DNA of 63,006 bases, filler included, from Basidiobolus ranarum (taxonomy: Eukaryota), in assembly GCA_040143965.1 (NCBI GenBank). It is 39 parts of 39 records of this genome, joined end to end, with 100 filler letters (N's around TTAATTAATTAA, not from the genome) between each part and the next. Parts side by side here need not be neighbours in the genome. Positions count along the whole stretch, not along the records: positions 1 to 1,526 come from JASJQH010011799.1; positions 1,627 to 3,152 come from JASJQH010011800.1; positions 3,253 to 4,777 come from JASJQH010011801.1; positions 4,878 to 6,402 come from JASJQH010011802.1; positions 6,503 to 8,026 come from JASJQH010011803.1; positions 8,127 to 9,650 come from JASJQH010011804.1; positions 9,751 to 11,273 come from JASJQH010011805.1; positions 11,374 to 12,896 come from JASJQH010011806.1; 31 more parts are not named here. One strand, written 5' to 3'. The translations under genes were made by a program, and so were the position numbers. Below the pieces are notes generated by a model. The model saw only the letters and a list, made by a program, of their open reading frames with translations. It ran no database searches and was not told where the DNA came from. Of this stretch, positions 1 through 11,849 are shown one piece after another (position 1 is the first letter of the stretch; every line of letters begins with the position of its first letter).

Positions 1-433
1 CTACCCTGTACCATAGTAAGATAATAAAGATTCCTATGCAACTCAACAGGGCTTGACTATTGAAGAGTGCTGTAAAGATTCTATCATAGTTATGTTGACT
101 TTTACAGTCATAGAATATATTCAACTCTTAATCAAGGTCTTTGCCAATCTCAAAAGAACTATATCTTTTTCTTCATACTTCAAGTTAGAGAAACCACCAG
201 AGTTTGATCTGCACTTGTAGTATTGAGGATTTTTGATAGTTCTATTATCAGAAATAATCTTTTCTCATAAAGTCATCAAGCTATTGACATACTAAAGTGT
301 ATCTTTACCCTTTAAAGATAGATTGAAGTATTTTTAAGCTTCAAGTATAAAAAATTCAGCTTTGCTGGAGATTTGTAGTGGGATTAAGCTTTATTACTGA
401 ATGTTTAAGTTAATACACCTATCCCACACTACA

Positions 434-1167
434 CCGGTAATAAAGTTATTCATATTCAATTACAAAATCTTTACACAGTTGCTGTATCTGCCTGAGATCT
501 GCCAATGAGAGTTGATGCCGTAACATTATATTAAGAATATGCACAAACAACTCCCAATGTTGCCAATACTTATCAGGCAGAAATCTTTTCAAAATTTGAC
601 TTGAATATATAAAAATTCAATACTTCCAGTCCATGCATTTGAATAAATGCCTAGATGAGTGGATTTTAATGGGAGTGCTGGTACAATATGATGGTATCTT
701 GACATTTTCAAGCATTTTCCCAATTGATTCAAACTTGGATCCTATCTTAAATGTCCCATTTATATTGAATTTTCTACTATATAGCTGAGTGAGTAATATT
801 GGAATGCATAGTGCCTAATGGGAAGCTCTGGCTCCAGCTGATTCCCTTTAGCAATATAATCCTAGGCTTATGGCTTATACTAAGTTTGATGTTAGGCTGA
901 CTATTTGCTGAATTGATATCAGTCATCATATTGAAATCTTACCAGGCTCTTGGTGATAAAATCATGAAGTTTAGTGTTGTATTTGGATAGTTGTAATGCA
1001 TATGCCTGTTGGAGTAAACTCCATTGATTTGACAAAATACATGGCAAGATAGTATATTGTGCCCACAAAAACTTCCAACTTTACTGATGTCAGGAGTGTC
1101 ACCAGTACATAAAATGATATTAGCTGCAATAAAATATTAACCCTTCTTAACCCCATGAGATGACCAT
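434..1167 (-). mobile_element. Degenerate CACTA/En-Spm transposase fragment
   Basis: Reverse complement of the copy at 58271-59000 (GDTPA..KL.GF..H...CRFC and FP.GTMH regions); many stops. Confidence 0.85.
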
Positions 1168-1526
1168 TGTAGTGTGGAATGGGGGTGTGTTATCAATCTT
1201 TCAAATGAAAAGACCTATATTCCACTACAAATCTTCAGCAAAGCTGAATTTATATTTACTGGAAGCTTAAAGATATTAATAGAAGATATACCCTTCACTG
1301 AAAGAAACTGTTAGAGACAACTTTAAGGTGTGCCTTTAGACTATAGAGATGGATGGATGGATGGGAAAAGAGTGTTTTGAAAATAATCCTTATGATAATC
1401 TCAGCTATCTTTGTTCTGTCTTTAAGTCAATGCTTTGAACTTAAAGAAGAAAAGAATCACTTCTTTGAGACTATATGGAAGGATTTTGACAAAAGAAATA
1501 TATTCTCAGTGTGGAAAAAAGAGTTC

Positions 1527-1626
1527 NNNNNNNNNNNNNNNNNNNNNNNNNNNNNNNNNNNNNNNNNNNNTTAATTAATTAANNNNNNNNNNNNNNNNNN
1601 NNNNNNNNNNNNNNNNNNNNNNNNNN
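1527..1626. other. Artificial contig spacer (44N-TTAATTAATTAA-44N); first of 38, recurring every ~1.6 kb
   Basis: Identical 100-bp spacer with stops in all six frames; contig lengths fall steadily from 1526 to 1512 bp. Confidence 0.99.
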
Positions 1627-2339
1627 ATTAGACACTTAAGTTTTATTGAATTGAATATGTCCTATTTATAGTTTACTATGAAATAGGACTTTTGGACATG
1701 CTTAGATAATAACAAACATGCCTGTTAAGCATGGGTGAAAATTTGAGGTGATTTGGAGAAGTTTTGAGAAAATACTGAAAATTGGTAAAAGTGCTCTAAT
1801 TGATATTTCTATCAATTAGAGCAATAAACACATGTTTTTGAATGACAGAAATGAGTACTAAATAATCAGAATATGAATAAACTAACTACTAAATAATGAG
1901 TTGCTATTTACCAAATTTTAACAGTGATTTACTATCCACTTTGGAAGGAATTATCATACAAGAAAACAGCTCAAGCAATGATGAAGCATTGATCAATTTA
2001 TCAAATGTGTTCATTTCTAGCAATAGTGCAAGTGAAGAGATTGTAATCCCCCCAAATATGTAGCAAATTGATAGTTGACCAAAGTTCAACAGAAACATCA
2101 TCAAGACTATCAACTTCCAAAATGGCTATTTTGCCAACAATTGAACAACCAGCCACAGAAAATATTGATATAAGAATGACACAAAGAAATCTCAGGTTGA
2201 GCACCATAATGATTTGTATGCAATCAAAAGTAAAAGCTACAAAGTTGCTATACAGGCCATGACAAGCAATAACATCAAAATATTGCAATTAATGAAGCAT
2301 TCTGAAGCAACTTGTAATAGTTAGAGAGTCACTCAACAT

Positions 2340-2946
2340 CCTAACACAAATTTGAGAATGGTTATTATAGGAGAACCCTCACAATTTTAATTGCTTTTGG
2401 GTTAACCTTTACTTACCATTATAAGTTCATCAAGTTGGATTTGATTTTAATCAATCTTTTTGGTGTCAGGAGTGAAATTTCAAGTTCTTGCACAGTAGTT
2501 GAACATGGTTGGCTACAATCTCAGAAGACTAGGGATCAACACATGTGTAAAAAACATAATTCAAATTTTACACATTTACCACTTGAAACCTAATTTGTCA
2601 CCTTAAAGATCCCTAGTTTCATTGATGTATTCTCCTGAATATTTTTAAAGAGTTCTTCAAACACAAGACTTAACTCTTATCCAACATGTGTGTGTATCAA
2701 TATCTCCATCAAAGCTCATTATTTTATTAACATTGCTGAAGCAACAATCTTCCAGCTGTCTGGCAGATACCCTGTAAGGTTTTGCCACTCAGGATTAAGT
2801 TCTTCCCAGATGTATGCATGATCAACAGCAGACTGGACATCAGGTTGAATGTTCCTCTTGTGTAGCCACTTTCTGTGTGCTTGAACTGTGTTTTTCCCCT
2901 CATACTTGTGCAAATACTCCTCATCACTGTTACTATTTTCATACAT
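2340..2946 (-). mobile_element. CCCTA-type DNA transposon end plus degenerate ORF of unknown function
   Basis: Terminus CCTAACACAAATTTGAG at 2340; same end and ORF in reverse orientation at 3327-3911 and 61496-61880. Confidence 0.6.
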
Positions 2947-3907
2947 CCCTCTATTGTGACACTACAGAGGGTGCTTTGCAGTGTTAAGCACTTTGACTAT
3001 TTTTGTATGTCCTTGTAGTGTGACACTACTGAGGGTGCTCTGCAGTGTTTGTGCAGCTTTTTGCATGCCTTTAGGTTTTAGGCTAATTTCAACACTTTGA
3101 AAAGTACCAGTTGAGATTGGAGAGCTGTGAGTTTCATTTGCTGAGGGGTTGGNNNNNNNNNNNNNNNNNNNNNNNNNNNNNNNNNNNNNNNNNNNNTTAA
3201 TTAATTAANNNNNNNNNNNNNNNNNNNNNNNNNNNNNNNNNNNNNNNNNNNNAAAAACCCACACTAAATCACAAAGCACCCTCAGTAGTGTCATACTACA
3301 AGGACGTACAAAAATAGTCAAAGTGCTTGAGGAGTATTTTCAAAAGTAAGCAGGGAAAAATTTGGTGCAAGTATGCAGAAAGTGGCTTCAGAAGAAGAAC
3401 ATTCAACTTGACATTCAGTCTGGTGTTGACCATGCAGATATCTTGGAAGAACTTAATACAGAGTGGCACAATATTGCAGGGTACCTGCCAGATAGCTGGA
3501 AGAATGTTGATTCAGCAACATTTATACAATGGTAGGCTTTGATGGAGATATTGATACAAACTTGTGTTGGGTATGAGCTAAACCTGGGATATGAAGTACT
3601 CTATAAAAATATTCAGGCAATTATATCAAATAGACTAGGGATTTCAAAGGTGACAAATGAGCATTCAAGTGGTAATGGATTAAAATATGAGTTATGTTTT
3701 TTGCACATGTGTAGATCCATAGTCCTCTGAGATTTTAGCTAATCATTTGCAACTATTTTGTGAGATCTTGAAATTCCACTCCTGAAACTGAAAAAATTGA
3801 TTAAAATCAAATCTAACTTGATAATTTTGTGATGGTAAGTAAACGGTCTACCCCAAATGGATTGAAATTGTGATGGTTTTCCTATAATAACAATCCTCAA
3901 ATTTCTG

Positions 3908-4777
3908 TTAAGGTGGGCGACGCAGATCTGAGTGTATCAGGCCCAATTTGTGATCAATTTTGCTCTTTCCAGAGCCCACAAATGGCTGTCTGTGTTGCCT
4001 ACCGTATAGGCAACCTTCAAATAGCTCCAGATCAGGTGGAATTTCAAAATTTAGTCTCAAAACCATCTTGCTTTTGATTAAATTTCTCATATTTTCAGTT
4101 CCTAGATGACCCAATCCACAGTGCCAGATTTTCCTGTCTATCTCTTTAGCTGTGGCAGTATTAACTTTTTCATATACTGGCCTAATATAAAGAAATTTAT
4201 AAAAGTTGTTTTGCTTAGCTCCAGAAGCTTCATAAATCCCTTTTTGAACCCTGATTGTGCAGCCATTTTGACCAAAATTAAAGCTATATCCCTCAGATGT
4301 AGCATTACTCACTGATAACAAGTATTTTGCTATCCCTGGCATATATAGCACATCTTTCAGTGTCCAATATATGCCCCTGAGATGCCTCCAGGATCCACTT
4401 CAATTTCTTCCACTCCCATAGCTTCTAGTGGCTAGTCATCTCCCATATAAACCTTCATGTTTATGTCACTTTTAACTGTCTTAAACCAGTTTTTTTGAGT
4501 AGAGAAATGTTGAAAGGCTCCAGAGTCAATATACCACCACCTACAATCTTGTTCAGAGGTCACTGATAGGACAGAAATGAATAAAACTTCCTCTTTGGTT
4601 GAAACCTGAATTGCTTGTTCTGACTTCTCATATTTGTTGTAATTTCTTGATTTGCAATCTTTTAACTGGTGTCCTGGTTTGTTACAACCATATCATAAAC
4701 CTGGTTTCCTTCTTTTGTAACCTTTGTACTTGCCAAAGCTATGTTTTGCAGCTCCAAAAAGATCCACTTGCTCAGAT
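3908..4777 (-). mobile_element. Ty1/Copia gag-pol fragment (zinc knuckle, protease, pre-integrase), degenerate
   Basis: C..CNKPGH..KDC knuckle, WYIDSGA protease motif, WH..LGHLG, LIHSDL. Confidence 0.9.
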
Positions 4778-5165
4778 NNNNNNNNNNNNNNNNNNNNNNN
4801 NNNNNNNNNNNNNNNNNNNNNTTAATTAATTAANNNNNNNNNNNNNNNNNNNNNNNNNNNNNNNNNNNNNNNNNNNNAAAGCATTTATACATTTTGGTAG
4901 AAATACAGAAAACTAACACTAGGGTTGTGTTCAGAACATCTGTGGGAGTAAAATGAGCTATCTTTGGGGCAACTTGGACAAGTTTGAAATTTCCAATATG
5001 GAATTGCTAATTCTCACAGTATTCACATATATATAATATATATTCTGATTTTCAGCTAAGTGATATTTGACTAAGTAATGTTAACTAACTTATTTGTGAT
5101 ATATGAAATAGTTAGGTGTATAAAGATAGAGATAACAAACATGATAAAGACAATAAACTTCAAAA

Positions 5166-5900
5166 GTCTGGAAACTAAAGGCTCTTCTTATAAAACAAGA
5201 GATCATTGATGTTAGAGAAATGGTGGTACAAGTTCAAGCTTGAAGGGCCTTTTGGTGTTTGCTGTGCTTTCTTGATTGATATTACAAATGGGTCTTCAGA
5301 TTGAAGTTTGTGGATGTCTTCATAGAATGTGTTTGAACTAGGCAGAGTAAGGGCAGTTGCACTAATTTAAAGTTGGTGGGGCTTTAGTAAGGAAGTATTT
5401 TGTTGGCCAAAGGCCTCATGCCCTTGTTTGGACTGTGATAGTACTGCTCCTAGAGCAAAGTCAGATGCATCAGTTTCAACTATAAATGGCTGGTCTAGCT
5501 TGGGGTGTGCCAGGATCAGTGCTGAGGTAAAAGCATTCTTTAAAGTTACAAATGCTTGTTGGCAAGAGGGGTTCCAGTCTAATAGGAGTTCTTTCTTTGT
5601 AAGGTTTTTTAATGGAGCAAATATTTTGGAGTAGTTCTTGACAAACCATTGATAAAAGCTTGCATATCCAAGGAAAGATTAGACATCCTTCACATTCTTG
5701 GGAGTATCCCAAGACAGAACATATTTAACCTTCTTAGGGTCCATGGAGATGCCTGATGGGCTGATGTTACATCCAAAGAATTCAAATTGAGCTTGATCAA
5801 ATTCACATTTCTCAAGTTTAGCATAGAGACCAGTGGTTTTCAACTTTCTAGGACTTGGGAAAGATGTATATTATGTTCTTCTTGAGAGCTTGAGAAGACC
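5166..5900 (-). mobile_element. Ty3/Gypsy RT-RNase H fragment, internally deleted
   Basis: LYAKLEKCEF, SFLG, PFIVETDASDFALGAVLSQ; second copy at 62597-63006. Confidence 0.88.
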
Positions 5901-5920
5901 AGGATTTCATCAAGGTCGAT

Positions 5921-6295
5921 TGTTGAAGTTTATTATCTTTATCACATTTGTTATCTCTATCTTTATGCACCTAACTATTTCATATATCACATATAAGTTA
6001 GTTAACATTACTTAATTAAATATCACTTAGCTGAAAATTGGAACTTATGTTATATATATGTGAATAATGTGAGAATTAGCAATTCCATATTGGAAATTTC
6101 AAACTTGTCAAAGTTGCCCCAAAGATAGCTCATTTTACTCCCACTGATGTTCTGAACACAACCCCAGTGTTAGTTTTCTGTATTTCCACCAAAATGTATA
6201 AATGCTTTATATCTGGACAATAAATAATCATCTCACAAAGCTATTCACAACTCCACTTGTCTTAAGTTCCACTAAACAGCCCATATTTTCCAAAT
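5921..6295 (+). repeat. Copia LTR family A (~375 bp)
   Basis: Starts TGTTGAAGTTT and ends CCATATTTTCCCAA(C/T)A; further whole or partial copies at 4878-5165(-), 20456-20700, 22725-22905(-), 37550-38113(-), 39444-40023(-), 46980-47325, 48594-48723 and 54222-54538(-). Confidence 0.85.
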
Positions 6296-6502
6296 ATAGA
6301 TTACCACAAATTGGTCAAGATAATCTCTGAAGATATCATTCATGATGTGATGAAAGACTGCGGGGGCATTGGTAAGTCCAAATGGCATGACATTGTATTC
6401 AANNNNNNNNNNNNNNNNNNNNNNNNNNNNNNNNNNNNNNNNNNNNTTAATTAATTAANNNNNNNNNNNNNNNNNNNNNNNNNNNNNNNNNNNNNNNNNN
6501 NN

Positions 6503-7420
6503 AGCAATTTTTGGATGTGTTCCAACCATTGTATACATTAAACTACCCACTATAGATTTATAAGGAAACTCATGGCTTGGACTTGAGTCATTTTGAGCCA
6601 AATCAGATAAAATTTTGATTAATTGACATTAGGATACATTGGTATTACTACAGGCTTGTTATTCTCCAAGGTGAAGTTTTTTAGAATATTGAGGATGTAT
6701 CTATACTGATTCAGCAAGAATTTCTGATTGGGTTTATCTCTCTTGATTTTGATTCCAAGAAAATAACTTAATTCATCCATACAAGTCATCTGAAATTGGT
6801 TTGATAAGCTGATTTTTTTATGATTAAGTGCATTTAGATCATTTGCACCTATGATCAAGTCATCCACATATAATGCCAAGATAAGGATCCCATTTCCGGT
6901 TGTTTAGATGTAAATACCTCAATCTGATGTGTGTTTTGGAATACTAGTGATTCCAAATAGGTATCCATGTTGTTGTACCATGCCCTGGGTGCTTGCTTGA
7001 ACCCATATAGCAATCTTTGCCATTCAAAGACAATATTAGGGTGTTTGGGTCAACCAATCCATCTGGTTGCTCCATATAGATCTCTTCTAGATTTCCATTC
7101 AGAAAGGCTGTTGTTACATCATTTGATGTAAATCAAGGTTGTGGATGGCTGAGAGTATCCAGGATTGATCTAATGGAGCTAAACTTAGCTACTATAACAA
7201 AAGTTGCATTATAATCAACTTGTGGTCTCTGGGAATAAGCTTTTGCAACTAATCTTGCTCTGTACCTTTCCATGATTCCTTCAGCTTAGTTTTTGAGTTT
7301 GTAGATCAATTTGCAACCTATTGGCTTTCTCCCTGATGGTGGAGGACTTAAAGCCCACTTTTTCTTGTCCTGAAGTGAAGAAAACTCTTCAGATATTGCT
7401 TTTTTGCAGAATTTTGATTC
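6503..7420 (-). mobile_element. Ty1/Copia reverse transcriptase fragment, degenerate
   Basis: ARLVAK, TAFLNG, YGFKQAPRAWY, LALYVDDLII, LSYFLGIKI. Confidence 0.92.
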
Positions 7421-7599
7421 TGGAAATTCCAGAGCTTGATCCAGAGTCTGTGGCTTGTCACAGAATGCTGCATAAGCATATACATCATCATTGGAAGTGT
7501 TCCACCAGTTACCTGGCTTATTGCTCCTTCTGGATGATCATCTGGGTCCTGATTCATTTGCTGATGTAATTGAGATGAGAAATTTGCTTTTTCATCAAA

Positions 7600-8026
7600 A
7601 GACTTGTTCCATCAGACCAGGTCAGATTGTGCTGCTCAATCCAGCCTGCTAGTACACCATCTGGCGCGATCTGTCAATTACCATGGCTGGGTCCTATAAC
7701 ACTTGATCGGACACTATAAGGAACAATATGGCACTATCCCACCACAATCAGACACGATGATTTTTTTGGAGATATCGTGCCAGCCTGTACCAAGTTACCC
7801 GATTTAGTATTGCCGAATTATGATTTTGGGTAACTGACAAAGTAAATTCATCCCCTAGTTTGTTACTTACAAATTACTGAATGTGTAACAATAAACAATT
7901 TATATTGTAAGTTATCCAATCAAATGTATAACCAAGACATTCACATGTTTTTAGGCCAATCATTTGTCCCTCACTAACACAGTATCCTGATTTTCAATTG
8001 GGCACAACAGCTTCTGCATTACAAAA
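7600..8026. mobile_element. End of a DNA element with AGACTTGTTCC terminus, related to the 182-bp MITE
   Basis: Highly similar to 54539-54945; same terminal motif as the MITE at 37796. Confidence 0.65.
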
Positions 8027-8486
8027 NNNNNNNNNNNNNNNNNNNNNNNNNNNNNNNNNNNNNNNNNNNNTTAATTAATTAANNNNNNNNNNNNNNNNNN
8101 NNNNNNNNNNNNNNNNNNNNNNNNNNTGACAAAACTATAAATGTCAACTTTCTACTCAATAAATCAATAAGTGAAAACCACCAATTCCTCTAATTCTCCA
8201 AACCACTTCCAACAGGCTCCCAAATACTTTAACATTATTCCAGGTTTTTTTCCCATTGTCCATTTGGTTTGTACTGAATATCTTCCTTTCTGCTTACCAC
8301 CTTTACCCCTTAACACTGTATTTACATCCTCTGAACTTGACTACATTGGTCATCCAGTTGAGTATGGATATGATCCAGTATTGTCACAATATCTTAAAAG
8401 ATTAATGTCTTGATTGTCACTTTGTTTAGATTAGTATATAAACTAAATAAAGTCCACACCACCTGGTGCTTTTCATCCCCCTAACC

Positions 8487-8865
8487 CTAAGCAGTGTATG
8501 CGCGTGCTACACAAACGTTTGTCATGACAGCGTCTGTTCTTGAATTGACTAAATGAATAGCTTTTCTGAGCACTTTTGAGAATGTAACTTCAAGCTCAGT
8601 TGGTGTGCCATAAAGCACACCACTCTGAGCAGCTTTTGTAATAGATTCTGTGATATGTGGGTGCGCATGTCCACATTTCAATGGACCATAAGCGGCTAAA
8701 TAAACGATATATTGATTATGGCCCTCGTCCCAAAAATAAGCACCCTTAGCTGTTTTCGTATAGATGGGATATTCAAGATTTACTGCTTTCTAGGATCTAG
8801 AAGGGCTATTGGCGCCCCCTACAACATGCTTCTTGATATAGACTAGCTGAACGTGTAGATAACAT
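8487..8865 (-). pseudogene. hemL: Glutamate-1-semialdehyde aminotransferase (Bacillales GsaB/HemL-like), 5' fragment
   Basis: MLSTRSASLYQEA/(frameshift)HVVGGANSPSRS*KAV...[58 protein letters not shown]...[19 protein letters not shown]; frameshift, internal TAG, short deletion and truncation. Confidence 0.88.
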
Positions 8866-9336
8866 TTTTTAAGGTTTTTTCTTAACGACTCGCTCAACTT
8901 TATAGTTTGACCCATTACTTCCTGGAATCTTTATATCAAGTTGCTGTAGCGTAACAATTTGCCCCGGAATTACTGGAGCAGTCGTTTATCCTGGGGCTGG
9001 TTTTGAAAGAGAGTCTTGGATTAACTGGCTTGATTACAGATCCTCTCGGTACTTGCCCTTCTTGCAATATTCCTCGAGTAGGAATATGCTCACTAATGGT
9101 AAAAGTTGCACTCAAGATGAAGAATACATTTATCACTAATTATTACTCTAATCATTATGGTATATAATGTAGCGCCATAAGAACGAGTCTTTTTATCATG
9201 CAATGCTGAGGAAGCATTAAACACGTATTTGTTGCCCATATCAAAGATAATAGCTACCGTCCTAAACGAATTGCATGATATGGAAATAGGGGATTATTTT
9301 ATCTATGAGGTAATTTACATTGGTACAGCGATGATT

Positions 9337-9396
9337 GTTTAGGAATTAGGGTTTAGGAGTTAGTTAGGGTTTAGGAATTAGGGCTTAGGAATTAGG
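9337..9396 (+). repeat. Degenerate telomere-like heptamer array (GTTTAGG/AATTAGG)
   Basis: About 9 TTAGG-core units read directly from the sequence. Confidence 0.75.
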
Positions 9397-9650
9397 AGTG
9401 CTTATGCATCCTAATATACTTGATTCCCAGAGTAGACAGAAAAGTCAGCCCGGACATCCCGATGGCGATGTAAAAGATGGTACGCAAGACATCAACATAC
9501 ACATTCATCACTGCAAGTTGTTCTCCTGCAGGTAAAGTAGCCATGAATTGGAAGTTGTTGGTCGCCTCCTTGATTGGGATATGATAGCTTAATTTTGACA
9601 GCCCATTGATTAGTTGGTTGTTGAATACTGAGCCGAAAATCGCGATTCCC
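9392..9650 (-). CDS. MFS drug:H+ antiporter (DHA2-like), 3' end, 5'-truncated by the contig edge
   Basis: Open frame GIAIFGSVFNNQL...AVMNVYVDVLRTIFYIAIGMSGLTFLSTLGIKYIRMHKHS*, resembling the last two TM segments of 14-TMS fungal transporters. Confidence 0.75.
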
Positions 9651-9750
9651 NNNNNNNNNNNNNNNNNNNNNNNNNNNNNNNNNNNNNNNNNNNNTTAATT
9701 AATTAANNNNNNNNNNNNNNNNNNNNNNNNNNNNNNNNNNNNNNNNNNNN

Positions 9751-11273
9751 CATTTACATGCTCTACTATACCAACCACGCTACCACCAACCGTCAGGGCC
9801 AAGTGGTCAACCCCGGATAGCTTAGCGTACCTTACGCGCAGCTGGCGGCCTTTTCCAGTAGTGCAGTCCTGCCGGCCGGGTATTATTGATGATGCTATTA
9901 CAGATGAAAGACATTCACGCTCAATAGATGTGCTGCATTTTCGCAAAAATAGCCCCACAATACAAGTGACTAGCAGTGCAGGTACCCATACTATGTATAG
10001 CCACTTCAGGACCAGGATCTTCGGTTCTCCTGCAGGAATCGGCGGGAAATCCTTTGTGTTACGCAGTGACGTCCTCATCATGCGTGCGGCACCCAACAGG
10101 TCGACACGAACCGGCACCGCATCGGCTAACAGCTTGGGAATAAATTGTCCCTGCTCGGTAAAGGTAGGGCCAACGACAGAAACTATCTTATCAGCATTCG
10201 CGAGCACACCCCATGAAGTTGCTTTCACATCTCCCTGCACGTAGTACGACCCTTCAGACCAGCTTGTTGACGGAGAATCATTGGTTCCAATTATCCTATA
10301 CAGTTCGTACTGAGAATGCGCGCAACCCATAGCAGTGTCTGCACTGCCTGTGCTCTGTCGTATAAAACCATACAATGTGCACGAAGCTGATCTTATGACA
10401 GACCCTCTGTTAACAGAAAATGTTGCTGCGGAGAACAGCGTCTGTGTGTTATTCAGTGTATACGAGTTTAGGGTGGACCATCGAGTGTCAACATATGATC
10501 TTTCGACTCCAATTTCATCTGCAAGTCTCTGATTATCGGATGGAAGGCCTCCCAAGTACGTTTTTGACTTCCACTCTGAAGTAACCAAGAGTAAATCCGC
10601 CGTCCCGTTACCCGCAAACATCGCCATTGTGACGGCTCGAGAGGTCACCGGCTCACCGTTAGCACTCTCAGGAACAGATTTGGCTCTGAAATCTGGTGGC
10701 AAAGTAGTATAACCCTTTCTCACAGGATCCTAAAACGTCAAGTCTAGTGAAACTGGCTCCACGGTCAGAGGCCTGACAACTATTGCTCCATTAACCACTG
10801 CGCCAGTAGAAAAGCGCTTCGAAGGAAATACGACAGCCTGTTCTTGGGTACAACGTGTTATTGCATAATGTCCTAAGCTCCCCTGATCTGTAACAAAAAG
10901 GTTTCCACATTGCCCTGTCTCTTGTGGTATTATACTCTCGAGACGTAACTTCTCAGGCACCTGATGATAATTACTATCGGAAATGCTTACGCCTAATTGC
11001 TCAGCTACGGCGGATGGTGTGATAGCTCCAAGCTCCACCTTTTTTCTTTCCGTTAGCGCTGAGAATGCCGCAAAGTTGGCTGACAACTCTTGAGCTTTTG
11101 TTAAGACGCCTTTATGTGCAGTATTTTCCTGAAAGCACCTAGATAACAATATGCCATTTCCGGCTGAGACAGCCAGAAATATGGCGATGAACACTACACT
11201 TATTAACGAGGAGTAGTATATGCGATGTCGGCCACCAACACCAGCTAAGGTGTCAATTACCCCTCTGGGAACC
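9751..11273 (-). CDS. Uncharacterised membrane protein: one ~507-codon frame with a single internal TAG
   Basis: ORFs 10730-11194 and 9695-10723 share a frame (TTT TAG GAT CCT GTG), which stays open to both contig edges; hydrophobic segments near both ends. Confidence 0.6.
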
Positions 11274-11667
11274 NNNNNNNNNNNNNNNNNNNNNNNNNNN
11301 NNNNNNNNNNNNNNNNNTTAATTAATTAANNNNNNNNNNNNNNNNNNNNNNNNNNNNNNNNNNNNNNNNNNNNATGGCTTCTAAAGTTACTATATATTAG
11401 TTGTATATTTCTGTATGTCCTGCTATGTATGCAAGCAGCAAAATAGTGGTAAAGAAAGTCTCTGGGTTATATATGCTGCACACTATTAAGGGTGCTACTA
11501 AATTATTTTTTGCATATTTTTTTTATATTTTTTTTTGTTGATAAAGATATAAACACTATACTGGCAATTGTTAAAATATCAAAATGGAAATTTGATATCT
11601 TATCAAGCAGACTATGCTCATCACTTATACCAATTTTCACATCAATCCACATAAACAATCATGCATT

Positions 11668-11849
11668 GGACTTGTTCACATAGATAGCACCAGATTATGC
11701 TGTATAAATCATAATGAGTAAACTATTCTAAAACTTATGTGGAGCAATTTGGCACTGTCCAGCATCCTCTGGTACAGTCAATTTTAATCACAATTACTTT
11801 AATATATTGTGCCATGGTCTGATAAATCCCAGCATAATGGAACAATTCC
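11668..11849. mobile_element. 182-bp MITE, copy 1
   Basis: GGACTTGTTC...GAACAATTCC, flanked by ATT on both sides. Confidence 0.85.

Noticed and set aside
8936-9136. Short ORF with a hydrophobic start between hemL and the MFS gene
   Set aside because: Non-ATG start and no motif; it might be a decayed secreted-protein gene but I cannot support that
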